From contig CP142728.1 of the NCBI GenBank assembly GCA_036630325.1, forward strand, positions 1,240,001 to 1,304,000: DNA of 64,000 nucleotides. The letters are read 5' to 3'. Of this stretch, positions 13,562-24,228 are shown in pieces. Source of the stretch: Vairimorpha necatrix (Eukaryota). The translations under genes were made by a program, and so were the position numbers. Position 1 is the first letter of the stretch. Every line of letters starts with the position of its first letter. The notes beneath the pieces are model-generated. The model was not told the DNA's origin. It saw nothing but the letters and a program-made list of their open reading frames with translations, and ran no database searches.

Positions 13562-14345
13562 AGTAGAAGCCTTTCGCCCAATTCCGAAGCCTGAGCTTAC
13601 ATTGAGCACGGCTGGGGACAAATCAGGGACCCCAAAATGTTTTCACTTTATATGATGCAGTTGGAACAACTCAGATTATGAAAATGTCTACGATAATCAT
13701 TTGTGTGATTTAATCAATCATGATGGCGTTCGGCCATAAGGTGACTAACACCTAGTGTAGAAACGCACCTCAAGACAGAAAACACCATCCCTCGCGGGGA
13801 ATCAATCAAACATATATGTTTCTTGGTGTTACAGCCTAGTTGGTTGACATAGCTAGTGCTCTCGAGAGTGGGATCCTGGAGCTAACAAAGATATTAAACG
13901 AAGTAAAACAATAGAAGTTCTCGTGGACTCTATCTTACAAGATTCTGTAACACATGGCCAAAATAGTGGAGACTGATGGTCGAAGCAGCCTAATAAAATA
14001 CCAAGTCGTGATGTAGCGGTGCAAGGAGCCAAGTGTGCGGCGCAGATGATTTTGGGGACCTTTGAGCATGTACGATAAATGTCTCTTCTTGAGTTATAAA
14101 GACAATACCCGTTATTTAAATCCGTTGTGAGGCCTCTTGCTATATTGTTTGAGGTATAAATATAAAGGGGGTTCCTGGAGCCCAAATCTAACGGATACGG
14201 CGGAGCTTGCTGACCGAGAAGTTCCGTAAGGGAGTTTTAGTAAGAATAATCATATAGTACCAGTTGGATAAGGATCTTATCCAACCCCCTCTAGTCCCTA
14301 TGTAAGGTTTCTTCCTACCTCTTACTTGCAAAAAAAAGACAAAAA
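13562..14345 (+). mobile_element. SINE-like element copy A (degenerate tRNA-like head, ~780 bp, A-rich tail)
   Basis: Collinear over its whole length with the reverse complement of 28890-29663. Ends TTACTTGC plus an A-rich tail. Flanked by the direct repeat TAAATGTATT (13552-13561, 14346-14355). 10-bp perfect hairpin at 14263-14285. Confidence 0.75.
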
Positions 14346-14914
14346 TAAATGTATTGGCCATGTAAATTCGGGATCTAACTTGTGATTTTTAAATTACAGA
14401 TTAAGTTGCTAGGTAAAGTCATGCTCCCCGGCCTGATTTTTTGTCAGATACTTTCTTTTAACATATATCTCCCATAATAGTTCCAATTAAAAAACCTTAG
14501 ATCTAACCACTTCTAGTTCGTTTAAGTATTTTTGATCATTTCTGTATCTTTGATCTAGTGATATAAAATCTAAAATCTTCTGTATTGGGATAGAAAGAAA
14601 CGTTTTTTTATAGCACTACGGCAAATTTAGTTTATGTATTACGTTGAATATCAGTCATATCATTTTATTAATGTAATTATATAATTACGCTGGGGACAAA
14701 AAAAACAAATATCAATAACTGACATTATCAATATTAATAAACATTTGTCAAAAATATCATCAAAATATTTGTTAAAATTTTTGAATCAAAAGTTTTTTTA
14801 CGACAAATTTGGTGCTAAACCATATTTAAGTCTTAAATTTTAGAATAAACTTTGTAAACGTTCACAAAAATTTATTGATTTTTGACATATTCTTCGATTT
14901 TATGTAAATACAAC

Positions 14915-14970
14915 TAAACATATTTATTCTAAAATTAAGGGTATAAAATATAATTTTTTAAATCTCAACA
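14915..14970 (-). repeat. 3' LTR (56 bp) of element 1
   Basis: Exact copy of 18194-18249. Adjacent to the PPT (14971-14980) and TSD ACAAC (14910-14914). Confidence 0.93.
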
Positions 14971-14978
14971 TCCCCCTC

Positions 14979-17900
14979 TTAAAAACATTCGTCTATTATC
15001 AATTTCAGCTGAGAAGAATGTCGCTTAATAGTTTTGTTTCCTGTCCTCACCAGATATGTGTTGTTTTCTAAAACTTTATAAATTAAACCTCTAACCTTAA
15101 ATTTGGGTTCTCCCTTTTTGACACCTGTTTCCGTTTTTATAATAACGCTATCCCCCTCTGAAAATTGTGGTTCGGTTTCTCGGTTTTTATTTCTTTCATT
15201 GAATTTTAGTATCTCCTCATATTGTTTTTCTTTCACCTTTTGGAAATTGGTCGGGTTTAAAGCATCATTCGGAGACATACCTAACTTACTATGATATATA
15301 TTGTTATATACATCTAAAACCTTTAAAAGTTTAATTTTAAGATTTTCTTTTCCCTCTTGTTTGTATATTCCTTCTTGTATTGTCCTATTAAATCTTTCCA
15401 CTCTTCCATTGGACTGGTGGTGAAATGGTGAGGTATAATGTAATTCGACATTATTACTTGCTGCCCAACATCTTACTTCTTTACTTAGGTTTTCTTTCGA
15501 TTGATCTAAAATTAGTTTATGTATCTTAATTTTTTGATTTATCATATCTAAAAATTTTACAATTTTCTTACTCTCCCTGGAACTTAGTACCTTTCCAAAT
15601 CCGAATCGACTAAAGTAATCAATCCCAGACACGATATATTGGTTGTTAATTGGACCAATAATATCTATTGCTACTTTCTCTCCAATTGCATGTTACTTTA
15701 CAAATAAAATTCTTTTCCCTCTTTTAGGATTATACATTTTACACCGAATACACCTCTTTAACTCGTTTTTAGTCAATTTTTCCATATCTTTCCAATCGTA
15801 TTTCTTTTTAAGTTCATTTTGAACTGCTTTATAACCTCTATGGACAAGTTCTAGGTGTTTATCACGGATAATTTTTCTTTTGTCTTCCTCAGTCATTTCT
15901 AATTCTAGATTTTTAATCTCTAATATTTCTTGTCTTGGTGATCTGGATAAGCAATCCACATGTGGAATGCTTGTTCCTTTTCTATATACAACACAATAAT
16001 TTTATTTACTAAGTTTGTCTAACCATCGTTGGATCCGCAAAGATTTTATCTCTCCCCTATTTAGTGCTTCTAGGGCCTTATGATCAGTGACTGCAGTAAA
16101 TTCATTTCCATAGAGCCAATATCTGAAATGTTCCATCCCCCATAACATCGCTAAACATTCCTTTTCCCTGATTCCATAGTTTATCTCAGCAGGTAACAAT
16201 CTTCTTGAAGCGAAAGCAATTGGTACTGGACCACTTCCATGATCCTGTGAGAGGATAGCTCCTATTCCTGACTGGCATGCATCTGTTTCCAAAATATAAG
16301 GTTTTTTGTAATCGGGTTGGGATAGAACCACGCGTGATCTCAATATACTTTTTAATTTCTTAAAAGCTTTTTCTTCTTCCTCTTCCCACTTAAATACAAC
16401 ATCCTTTTTAAGTAAATCATACAATGGCCCGGCAATGATTGAACATTGTGGAATAAATTTACGATAGTAATTAATCAATCCTAAAAATTCCTCACAAGAT
16501 TTTCTATTATCTGGTCTTTCTATATTTTCAATTCCTTGTTCAGCCGAAAATTTCGGCTTTATCTTGTTATATTCAATAACATGGCCTAAAAATTCTATGT
16601 TCTCTTTTTTATGTATAGTCTTTGACTCGTTAATTCGTAGCTCATATTTTTGTAGCTTGTTAATAACCTTTGTATAGCTTGTATCATGTTCTTCTTCATT
16701 TCTACCAAAAAATAAGGATGTCATCAACATAGACAAAGCAATTTTTCCCTATTTCTCCTTCAAGGACGTTGTCCATAAACCTTTGAAAAACGGCTGGTGC
16801 ATTTTTAAACCCCATGGGCATTAACTCCATTCGTATAATAAATGATTAAATCTGAAAGCAGTTTTGTGTTTGTCTTTTTCAGCTAATTTAATTTGAAAAA
16901 ATCCATCTTTTAAATCAATTTTTGAAAAATATTTCATGTCTCTAAGACTGAATATAAGTCTTTCAATATTGGGGAGGGAATAATTATCTAGATCTACCAA
17001 TCTGTTGAGCGCTATTAAATTCGTAGTAACTCTTATGGATCCATCCGGTTTGATCACTGGCCTAAGGTTATTTAGCCATGTTGAATTAGATTTCCTTATA
17101 TACCCGTTTTTTAATAACTCATTTATAGAGTTTTGTATTCCTTCCTCCAATTTCTTTGGTAAACTATAAACGTGTTCTATTACCTTCTCTCCTGGTTTTG
17201 TATTGATCTCACAAATTCTATTGCTCGGTTGTCGAAAAACTTTACAAATATCATCTTTTCCTATTAACACTTTAAAATTTTTAACTTTTGGTAAAACATA
17301 CATTCTGCTTTTAAATATTCTATTACCATATTTGTATTCCACAATAACATGGTTTTCAACTAGAATTTCTTCTTCAAGACATGTGAAAAATTTCAAAACA
17401 TTCATATTCTTATTGAGTTTCAATTTTAAATCATAGACAGCTTGAAGAGAGATAAAGTTGTAGGCCGCACCCGAATCAAAAACCACGGGGACTTTTTTAG
17501 TCCCAACATAAATAAAATTATTTTTATTCGTAATAAAGCTTTGATCTACTTCCTGACTATCCTTTTCAATCTCATTAATATTCCTTCGATCATCATTAGC
17601 CTGTTTATTATTTCGATTCACCCTACAATCCTTAGCTAAATGTCCTGGCCTTCTGCATCTAAAGCATGTATTTGGTTGGTTCTGTTTAGTAAGTCTTAAA
17701 CCAGCAAACTTGAAATTCAATAATGCTTCGTTCTCCATCTCATTTAATATTTCGTAAAATTCTTTGTTGATCTCATATTGGGTCGTAAGAAAAATTTTAA
17801 TCATTTTTAACTTTTTATCTACTCCTGATCTAATAATTTTTCTTCTGTCAAAATTGGAAATTTCATTTTCATTACATTTAGAAACTACATCTTTGATAAA

Positions 17901-18200
17901 ATCAACAACTTTTTGTTCTTCCTTTTGCTTCATATTGTAAATGTCAAAAAGCAATGTTTTATTCTCAAATTCTTGTTCCACTTCTTTTTTCCAGATTTCA
18001 AACGTTAAAGCAGCTTTCCTTTTATCTTTAAAAGTCCTACAATGCCAATCTAAAATATGAGAGTTAAGTCTGCTTATAAAAAAATCTAACTTCTCCTCAT
18101 TGGTTATTTTTGCCCAACTACTCAGAGCCTCTGCTCTTCTAATTTCTACTATTATATTGTCTTTGTTTATTTCGTTTTTTATATTCTCCACCATAAACAT
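14979..18200 (-). pseudogene. gag-pol polyprotein of element 1, broken into four ORF-track pieces
   Basis: Frameshifts near 16823 (YEW/xMPMGFKN) and near 16710 (extra T in a T-run after YVDDILIF). In-frame TAA stops at 16002-16004 and 15693-15695. Confidence 0.9.
18183..18193 (-). other. Primer-binding site of element 1, probably tRNA-Ala
   Basis: TGGTGGAGAAT immediately follows the 5' LTR. It is complementary to ...AUUCUCCACCA, a eukaryotic tRNA-Ala-type 3' end. Confidence 0.7.
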
Positions 18201-18249
18201 ATTTATTCTAAAATTAAGGGTATAAAATATAATTTTTTAAATCTCAACA
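18194..18249 (-). repeat. 5' LTR (56 bp) of element 1
   Basis: Reads TGTTGAGA...AATAAATATGTTTA on the minus strand; TSD ACAAC at 18250-18254. Confidence 0.93.
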
Positions 18250-18272
18250 ACAACTTATTCAAAGAGATAAAG

Positions 18273-18637
18273 TGTGACACTGGCTGCCTCACTGGCCGCT
18301 CGTTGTGTCTATATATATGTTTTTAGTAAACTGTTTATTGGTTTTGTGTTCTCTCATGACTCGGTGAAAGGCTAGAAATTCATCCTTTTATGTTATATTT
18401 TTGATAAACGACAAGCATATCATTTATTGGAGGGAAAGCTGGTCTCTTGTACAGCTTTCTATTTTCTGGCCATATTCACTAGAATAGACATTTTCTTATT
18501 CGTCGTTTGTTTGTTGACGAAGGCGTATTTGTTTACGTCCATGACTCGGCTGTAATTGAGATATGACAGCCCCCGAAGATTCAAATATTAGAGTCTCACT
18601 GGGCTTGTAATAAGTACAGGAAGGATGTCGTGTGACA
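18273..18637. mobile_element. Candidate solo LTR (365 bp) of a different family
   Basis: GC-richer island bounded by TGTGACAC...GTGTGACA (7/8 inverted match, TG..CA ends). Flanks TAAAG/TAAAT give a 4/5 TSD. Contains TATATATA and a minus-strand AATAAA. Confidence 0.5.
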
Positions 18638-18712
18638 TAAATCACTTTATAAATTAATTAAAAATCATATTTAATGAAAAAAAATATAAATAATTTTTTT
18701 TGAATCTAATCC

Positions 18713-19654
18713 ATGTTTTTTCATGTTTTATCGGCTATGTGCTCGAATTTGTACAATGTAAAAAATAAACTTCATGCGACTACAGGAGAGAACAACTACA
18801 ACAGTATAAAAAATATAGTGTTTCCGAAATGCCAAAAACTATTAATCAGGAAAAATATGAACACAAAAGAGCAAGCTAGTGCTCATGATTCTGGTAACAC
18901 TTCAAGTATAAGATTCAATTCTTATAAAAAAGATAATTCTTTACCAAAAAGTCCTTTTAATTCTGATGTGGCTGATGAACCATTAGACTTATCTATTAAG
19001 TCTGAAAATAAAAAGACAATTGATATGGTTCATAAAAATGATCAAGACAAAATAAAAAAGTACAATCTTTTACTTGATAAATTGAAGAGCTGCATTGATA
19101 CATGGAATAATGAGGATATTCAATGTAAAAATCTTTTTAAAAGTTTAAGATTTAAAAATAAAGAGTACCAAAAGTTGTATGAGCATAATAGTATTAGATT
19201 ATATCCATGGATGAAAGCTCACGCTTGTATAGTAAATGATTATCTCATACGTATCGTGCCACTAATTTCAAAATGTAAAATTGAACAAAATTTAAAAGAA
19301 TTATTGTGTTTACAGATTCAGTTTATCTACAAAGCTATGAGCTACGCCCAAAAGCTGTTTCCGTTTAAAGAAAATTACAAACCCTTAAGTGGTGATTTAA
19401 TAATGACTTATGTAAGCATAACTATAAGATTACCAATCTTAATGTGTAAGTTACACTTACAAAGTGGGTTTTTTGATTTTTTTCAAACGCTGTCAAGACA
19501 CCAGAATAATATTGACCCTGTTTATTTAGAATTATGTGCTTTAACAAACTCTTTATATCATAAAGTTATTGCGTATTTTGAAGGGTTTGTTGGTTTTTTT
19601 AAAATAAATAATAAAATGATGGATATACTAAAAAGAGCTCAATTAGAAAAATAA
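18713..19654 (+). CDS. Secreted paralogue family member 4 (RFNSY, PLDLS)
   Basis: 313-aa ORF starting MFFHVLSAMCS; PLDLS at 18980-18994; family core (PFKENYKPLS, ITIRLPILM). Confidence 0.9.
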   Translation: MFFHVLSAMCSNLYNVKNKLHATTGENNYNSIKNIVFPKCQKLLIRKNMNTKEQASAHDSGNTSSIRFNSYKKDNSLPKSPFNSDVADEPLDLSIKSENKKTIDMVHKNDQDKIKKYNLLLDKLKSCIDTWNNEDIQCKNLFKSLRFKNKEYQKLYEHNSIRLYPWMKAHACIVNDYLIRIVPLISKCKIEQNLKELLCLQIQFIYKAMSYAQKLFPFKENYKPLSGDLIMTYVSITIRLPILMCKLHLQSGFFDFFQTLSRHQNNIDPVYLELCALTNSLYHKVIAYFEGFVGFFKINNKMMDILKRAQLEK

Positions 19655-19827
19655 AAGTTAAATCTTAATTTTTTGTAATCTTTCTGTCTATACGTAATGT
19701 AAAATTCAAAAAAAAGTAAGCAACTTCCCTTTTATTGAGTATGTTTTTAAGATTTAAGATAATAATTTTTGCATTTAATTCGTTTTTAATTTAACTTACA
19801 GTCTTTCGAACTGAATTTGAATGCTTA

Positions 19828-19937
19828 TGTTGGGATAAAAACATGGGTTTAATTATTATAAAATATTTAAAGAAACGACATGTCAAATATATCAAAACAA
19901 TGACACAATATATTTGACATGTGTAGCACTTCCTACA
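19828..19937 (-). repeat. 3' LTR (110 bp) of element 2
   Basis: Exact copy of 23415-23524; TSD GCTTA at 19823-19827. Confidence 0.95.
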
Positions 19938-19943
19938 CTACCC

Positions 19944-22900
19944 CTACTTTAAAAGCTTAACATGATTTCGACTTGCTGTAACAGTCTTTCCATTATCTAA
20001 TAAAACTTTATATGAATGAAATTTTTTATCTACTACCACTCCTTTTTCTTCCCATTTTGGTTCGAGTTTTCCTCTAAACGGTAAAATTAAATGATACCAA
20101 ACTCTATCTCCCACCTTAATGGCATCCTTATCAACAGCATTAGCTTTATTACCCGTGTCATATTCTTGTCTGTAAACTTCCAAATTCTTAATCGCCTGCT
20201 TCTGAAACTCTTTCTTATCTTTTGTTTGATGCATTCCTTCCTGTATATCTATCTTATTTGGAACTATTCCTGTTAAGAGTTCTATTGGTGCACACCCTAT
20301 AGCCCTATGAAATGATTGCATATAGGCTCGGACTACTTTAGGGACACATTTCGCCCAATCAAATTTCCCAAATTCTGTAACCTTCCTTAATTTTATGGCT
20401 ATTGTTCTGTTAAACCTCTCAACAAGCCCCGTGGTTGTAGGTTTATAAGGGGAACCATATTTCCAGATGAATTTTTTGGATCTCGCATATTCCTCGCAGA
20501 TATTATTTTTGAATTCTTTACCATTATCAGATAAAATGGCCTTTGGAATACCATACTTACTGAATATATGTTTATCTATCAGATAAATAACCGTATTCAT
20601 ATCTTTTGTATAAATCGGCACCACCTCTGCAATTTTCGAAAAGTGATCAATCATTGTCAATAAAAATTTATATCCTTGCTCGCTTTCTCTCAAGGGCCCT
20701 ACTATGTCTACTTCCCAGATTTCTCCTATTGTCTTTGTTACTAATGGTACAATATCTCTAAATTTTCTCTGAGGTTTTTCTTTTTGACAAATTTCACAAT
20801 TATCTACATAATTTTCTATGTCTCTACTCATATTCTTCCAAGTAAATTTTCGACCAATATTATATTTCATATTTTGTTTTGATCCATGCCCTAATAAATC
20901 ATGGTAAAACTTTAATAGCACTATTGTCCTTTCTTTTTTAACTATTTTCCTTTGTATTGAACTTATTTCTGAAACTATTTCCTCCTGTTTTTTAAAATCT
21001 CTGCTTAGGTGATCTGTATGGTTTGATGGTCCTGTAATATATTCAATGTCGAAATCATATTCTTGTAGCAGTAATGACCATCTAGCCAACCTAGCTTTTA
21101 CATTCCTAGACTTAAACAAATATTTTAAAGCCTGATGATCCGTTTTTAGCGTAAATTTCCCCAATAATAAATATTCCCTGAAGTTTTGAATCGATTTTAT
21201 AACTGCTAGCAATTCTTGCTCAGTAGTAGAATAGTTTTTTTCTGTCTTGGAGTGTAAAGAGCTGTAATAAGAAATAATCTTTTCTTTTCCTCCGACCATC
21301 TGAGCCAATGTTGCCCCACTTCCCTCATTCGATGCATCCGTAGTCAATATAAATTTATCCTTTAAATTTGGAATTGTCAATAAAGCTGTTCTCTTCATAG
21401 CCTGTTTTATCTCTTCGATTGCCTTGCAGTATTTTGCATCATTCTCTGCATTTTTCCAAAAAATATCAGCGTCCTCATTCTTGAGTCTTATTATATCGAA
21501 TAGTGGGCTAACCACTTTATGGCTGTTTTTAATAAATTTAGAGCAATAATTATACAGCCCCAACAAAGATTGTAATTTCTTCTTACTTTTAGGAATTGGT
21601 AACTGTTGAATGCTCCTAACCCTTTCTTCGTCCACACTTATTCCCTCTTTTGATATCACATGACCTAAAATTTTTAATTCGGTCTTATTAAATTCGCATT
21701 TATCCTCATTAAGTTTCAGTCCTACCGACTTGAGCTTCTCTAATACCATCTGAACATCTTTCTTATGATCTTCTTCAGTTTTACTATAAATCAGTATATC
21801 ATCCATATATACTACCACAAACTTAAACAAAAATTCCCTCAATATGTTATTCATCACCCGCTGAAATGTAGCTGGACCATTAACAAGTCCAAATGGCATT
21901 TTTGTAAATTCAAATAAGCCTTCTCTACAGGCAAAGGCTGTCTTCTCAATATCACAAGGCGCCATATCTATTTGGTGATAGCCCGATTCAGCGTCTAATT
22001 TAGTAAATATGTTGCACCCTCTAAAGCGTTGATGAACTCTTCTACTCTAGGCATTGGATACGCATCTCTAATAGTCGCATCATTTAATCTTCGATAATCC
22101 ACACATAATCTGTGGTCTCCATTCTTTTTAGGGACTATAATTATCGGGCTTCTCCATGCGCTTACACTTGGTCTAACTATTCCACGTTTTAGATACTCTT
22201 TCACTATTTGGGACGCAATATCCTCTTTTGCTCCCCCCAATTTGTATAACTGAGATAGTATTGGGTTATCATTCTTTGTGATAATTTTATGATATCCTAT
22301 GGCTTTTCCCTTTGCCAAAAGTCCAGATTCAATTTCCATTTTGTTACTTCCAAATTTTAAATTTATCTTGTACATGTCTAGTAACCCCTGTCCTATAATG
22401 CAGGGAATTGTGATATCCCTAGTAATAATAAATTTATCTTCAAATATCATTCCCTCAATTTTTATTTTAACTACTGTTTCTCCAATGATCCTTATTTTCG
22501 ATCCATTGGCTGCCCTAAGCTGTTGTTTAGAACGATTAACAACGGTTTTATTTGGCAAAATCTCTGGTCTAATTAGATTTATATCAGCACCAGTATCGAT
22601 GAGCGCTTTAAATTTAACTTCCGAATTATTTAGTGACGCTTCTTTGAGCGTAGTCCTATCATCCTTGACCTTTGCAACAGAGTAATTATAAATAAATTCC
22701 TTTACATCCACCTTCTTATTTTCTCCTTCTTCTTGGGGTTTCTTGACTTCGCTAATATCTCTACGGTAACTATTAAATTTACACCGTGCTACTGTATGGC
22801 CTTTCTTTCCGCAAATAAAACATCTCTTTTCTTTGTTCCTTTTAGAAGTCCAAATCTTTCTATCGTGGTCCTTGCAGCTAATCGCTTTTACATCCACATA

Positions 22901-23431
22901 ATCTCCACGCGAAATTTCTTTATGACGTGTATCATCCACTTCCAAAACATTCCTTATGGCTTTATATAGGTACTCCCAGGATAATGAGTCTTTGTTATTT
23001 ATTAAGATCGAATTTGCTATATTGTTCGGAATTCCTTTTAGTACAAAAGCAATTAATACACCTTCCGGAACATTCGCCCTGCGCGCCAATCCCGCCATCT
23101 TATCTAGATAGTTGATTAGCGATCCACCATGATATTGAAGGGCGGAAAGTTTATCTATACTCACTTTCATCGCCATAGAACCCACAAATCTTTCTTGAAA
23201 CAAAAATTTCAGTCTTTCAAGTGACAGACCAATTGGCTGCGCTATCAGCCAATCCCTCGCTTCATCTTTTAACGACATTCTGAAAAGGAGTACAAGTTTA
23301 CTCTCACTGTACTCCATCAGCCTCCCCACATCCTGCAAGTCCTCCAAGAACTGCTGTGGATCATCTTTCTCTTCATTTCTGAAAATGAGAAAGTTCCTGA
23401 CGTTGTCGCCAAATTGTTGGGATAAAAACAT
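19944..23431 (-). CDS. gag-pol polyprotein of element 2, one apparent 1-nt deletion near 22005 within RT
   Basis: Adding one T at TATTT|ACT joins ORFs 21995-23482 and 19944-21965 as ...GATYFTKLDAESGYHQIDMAP..., a canonical RT motif. The likely start is CCC-ATG at 23431, inside the LTR. Confidence 0.85.
23396..23411 (-). other. Primer-binding site of element 2, probably tRNA-Ser
   Basis: TGGCGACAACGTCAGG starts 3 nt after the 5' LTR. It is complementary to ...GUUGUCGCCA, a fungal tRNA-Ser-type 3' end. Confidence 0.6.
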
Positions 23432-23524
23432 GGGTTTAATTATTATAAAATATTTAAAGAAACGACATGTCAAATATATCAAAACAATGACACAATATAT
23501 TTGACATGTGTAGCACTTCCTACA
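23415..23524 (-). repeat. 5' LTR (110 bp) of element 2
   Basis: Exact copy of 19828-19937; TSD GCTTA at 23525-23529. Confidence 0.95.
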
Positions 23525-24228
23525 GCTTAATAATTACATTGCATCTTTAATTTTTTTACTTAATATTTTATATTTTTTTTATATAATAAGATAAATTTGA
23601 TTTTCTAAAAATTTTCTCATTATTACAACAGTAGAAACCTTTTCATCATATTGATGTATGTTAGTTCTACAGATCGAAAAATTTTAAAGTCCTACATAAG
23701 TGTGTAAAAATCAAAATTAAAAAAGAAGTATAAAGACAACAAATGACCTATAAAATAATAAAAATTTATACATCTAACAAAAGTGGGCCAATTGCGCCTT
23801 AAATATGCATGATTCTAAGTATTTTTTGCCCGTCTCCTAATAAACAGACGTCTTTTTAATCATTTCTGAATTTGTCGTAACCACTATATTGTTGTACAAC
23901 ATAAAACACTAGAACATCATGTAACCATTAAGTTATATATTATAGACTTATGATACGCCTTAAAGAAAATTTTTTACGACATTGCGATTTCAATTTTAAA
24001 AATCCAGAAACAAATAAATTATGAATTTTTGACTTTATAACATCGCAAAGAAATGTCGATATATGCCAAGAAACGTTTTATTTTTGAAAATATTGCCTTT
24101 TTTACACATTTATTAAACCCAATGTATAAAATTATGCCTAACAAATATGGATAAGTGGTCTAAATTTTTTAACATAAGTCATAGGGATCGAACTAGCTGA
24201 TATAACGTTCGAAAATTATTAAAAAATT

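Larger units (their letters stand above)
14915..18249 (-). mobile_element. Full-length Ty3/Gypsy LTR retrotransposon, 3335 bp, disrupted gag-pol
   Basis: Identical 56-bp LTRs, 5-bp TSD ACAAC, PBS TGGTGGAGAAT and PPT AAGAGGGGGA. Domain order: CCHC knuckle (CFRCRRPGHLAKDC), protease (FDSGA), RT (YVDD), RNase H (TDAC), integrase (H-H-C-C; SNGRVERFN). Confidence 0.96.
19828..23524 (-). mobile_element. Full-length Ty3/Gypsy LTR retrotransposon, 3697 bp, nearly intact
   Basis: Identical 110-bp TG...CA LTRs, 5-bp TSD GCTTA, PBS TGGCGACAAC and PPT AAAGTAGGGGTAG. Gag with CFICGKKGHTVARC, protease IDTGA, RT YMDD, RNase H TDAS, integrase H-H-C-C, SDNG and GLVERFN. Confidence 0.97.

Noticed and set aside
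13853..14185. 110-aa minus-strand ORF inside SINE-like copy A
   Set aside because: Non-ATG start, no recognisable motif, and no matching ORF is listed for copy B; likely a chance ORF in GC-richer DNA.
21995..22010. Programmed ribosomal frameshift between the two ORFs of element 2
   Set aside because: The break lies inside the RT domain rather than at the gag/pol junction and has no X XXY YYZ slippery site; a 1-nt deletion or sequencing error is simpler.
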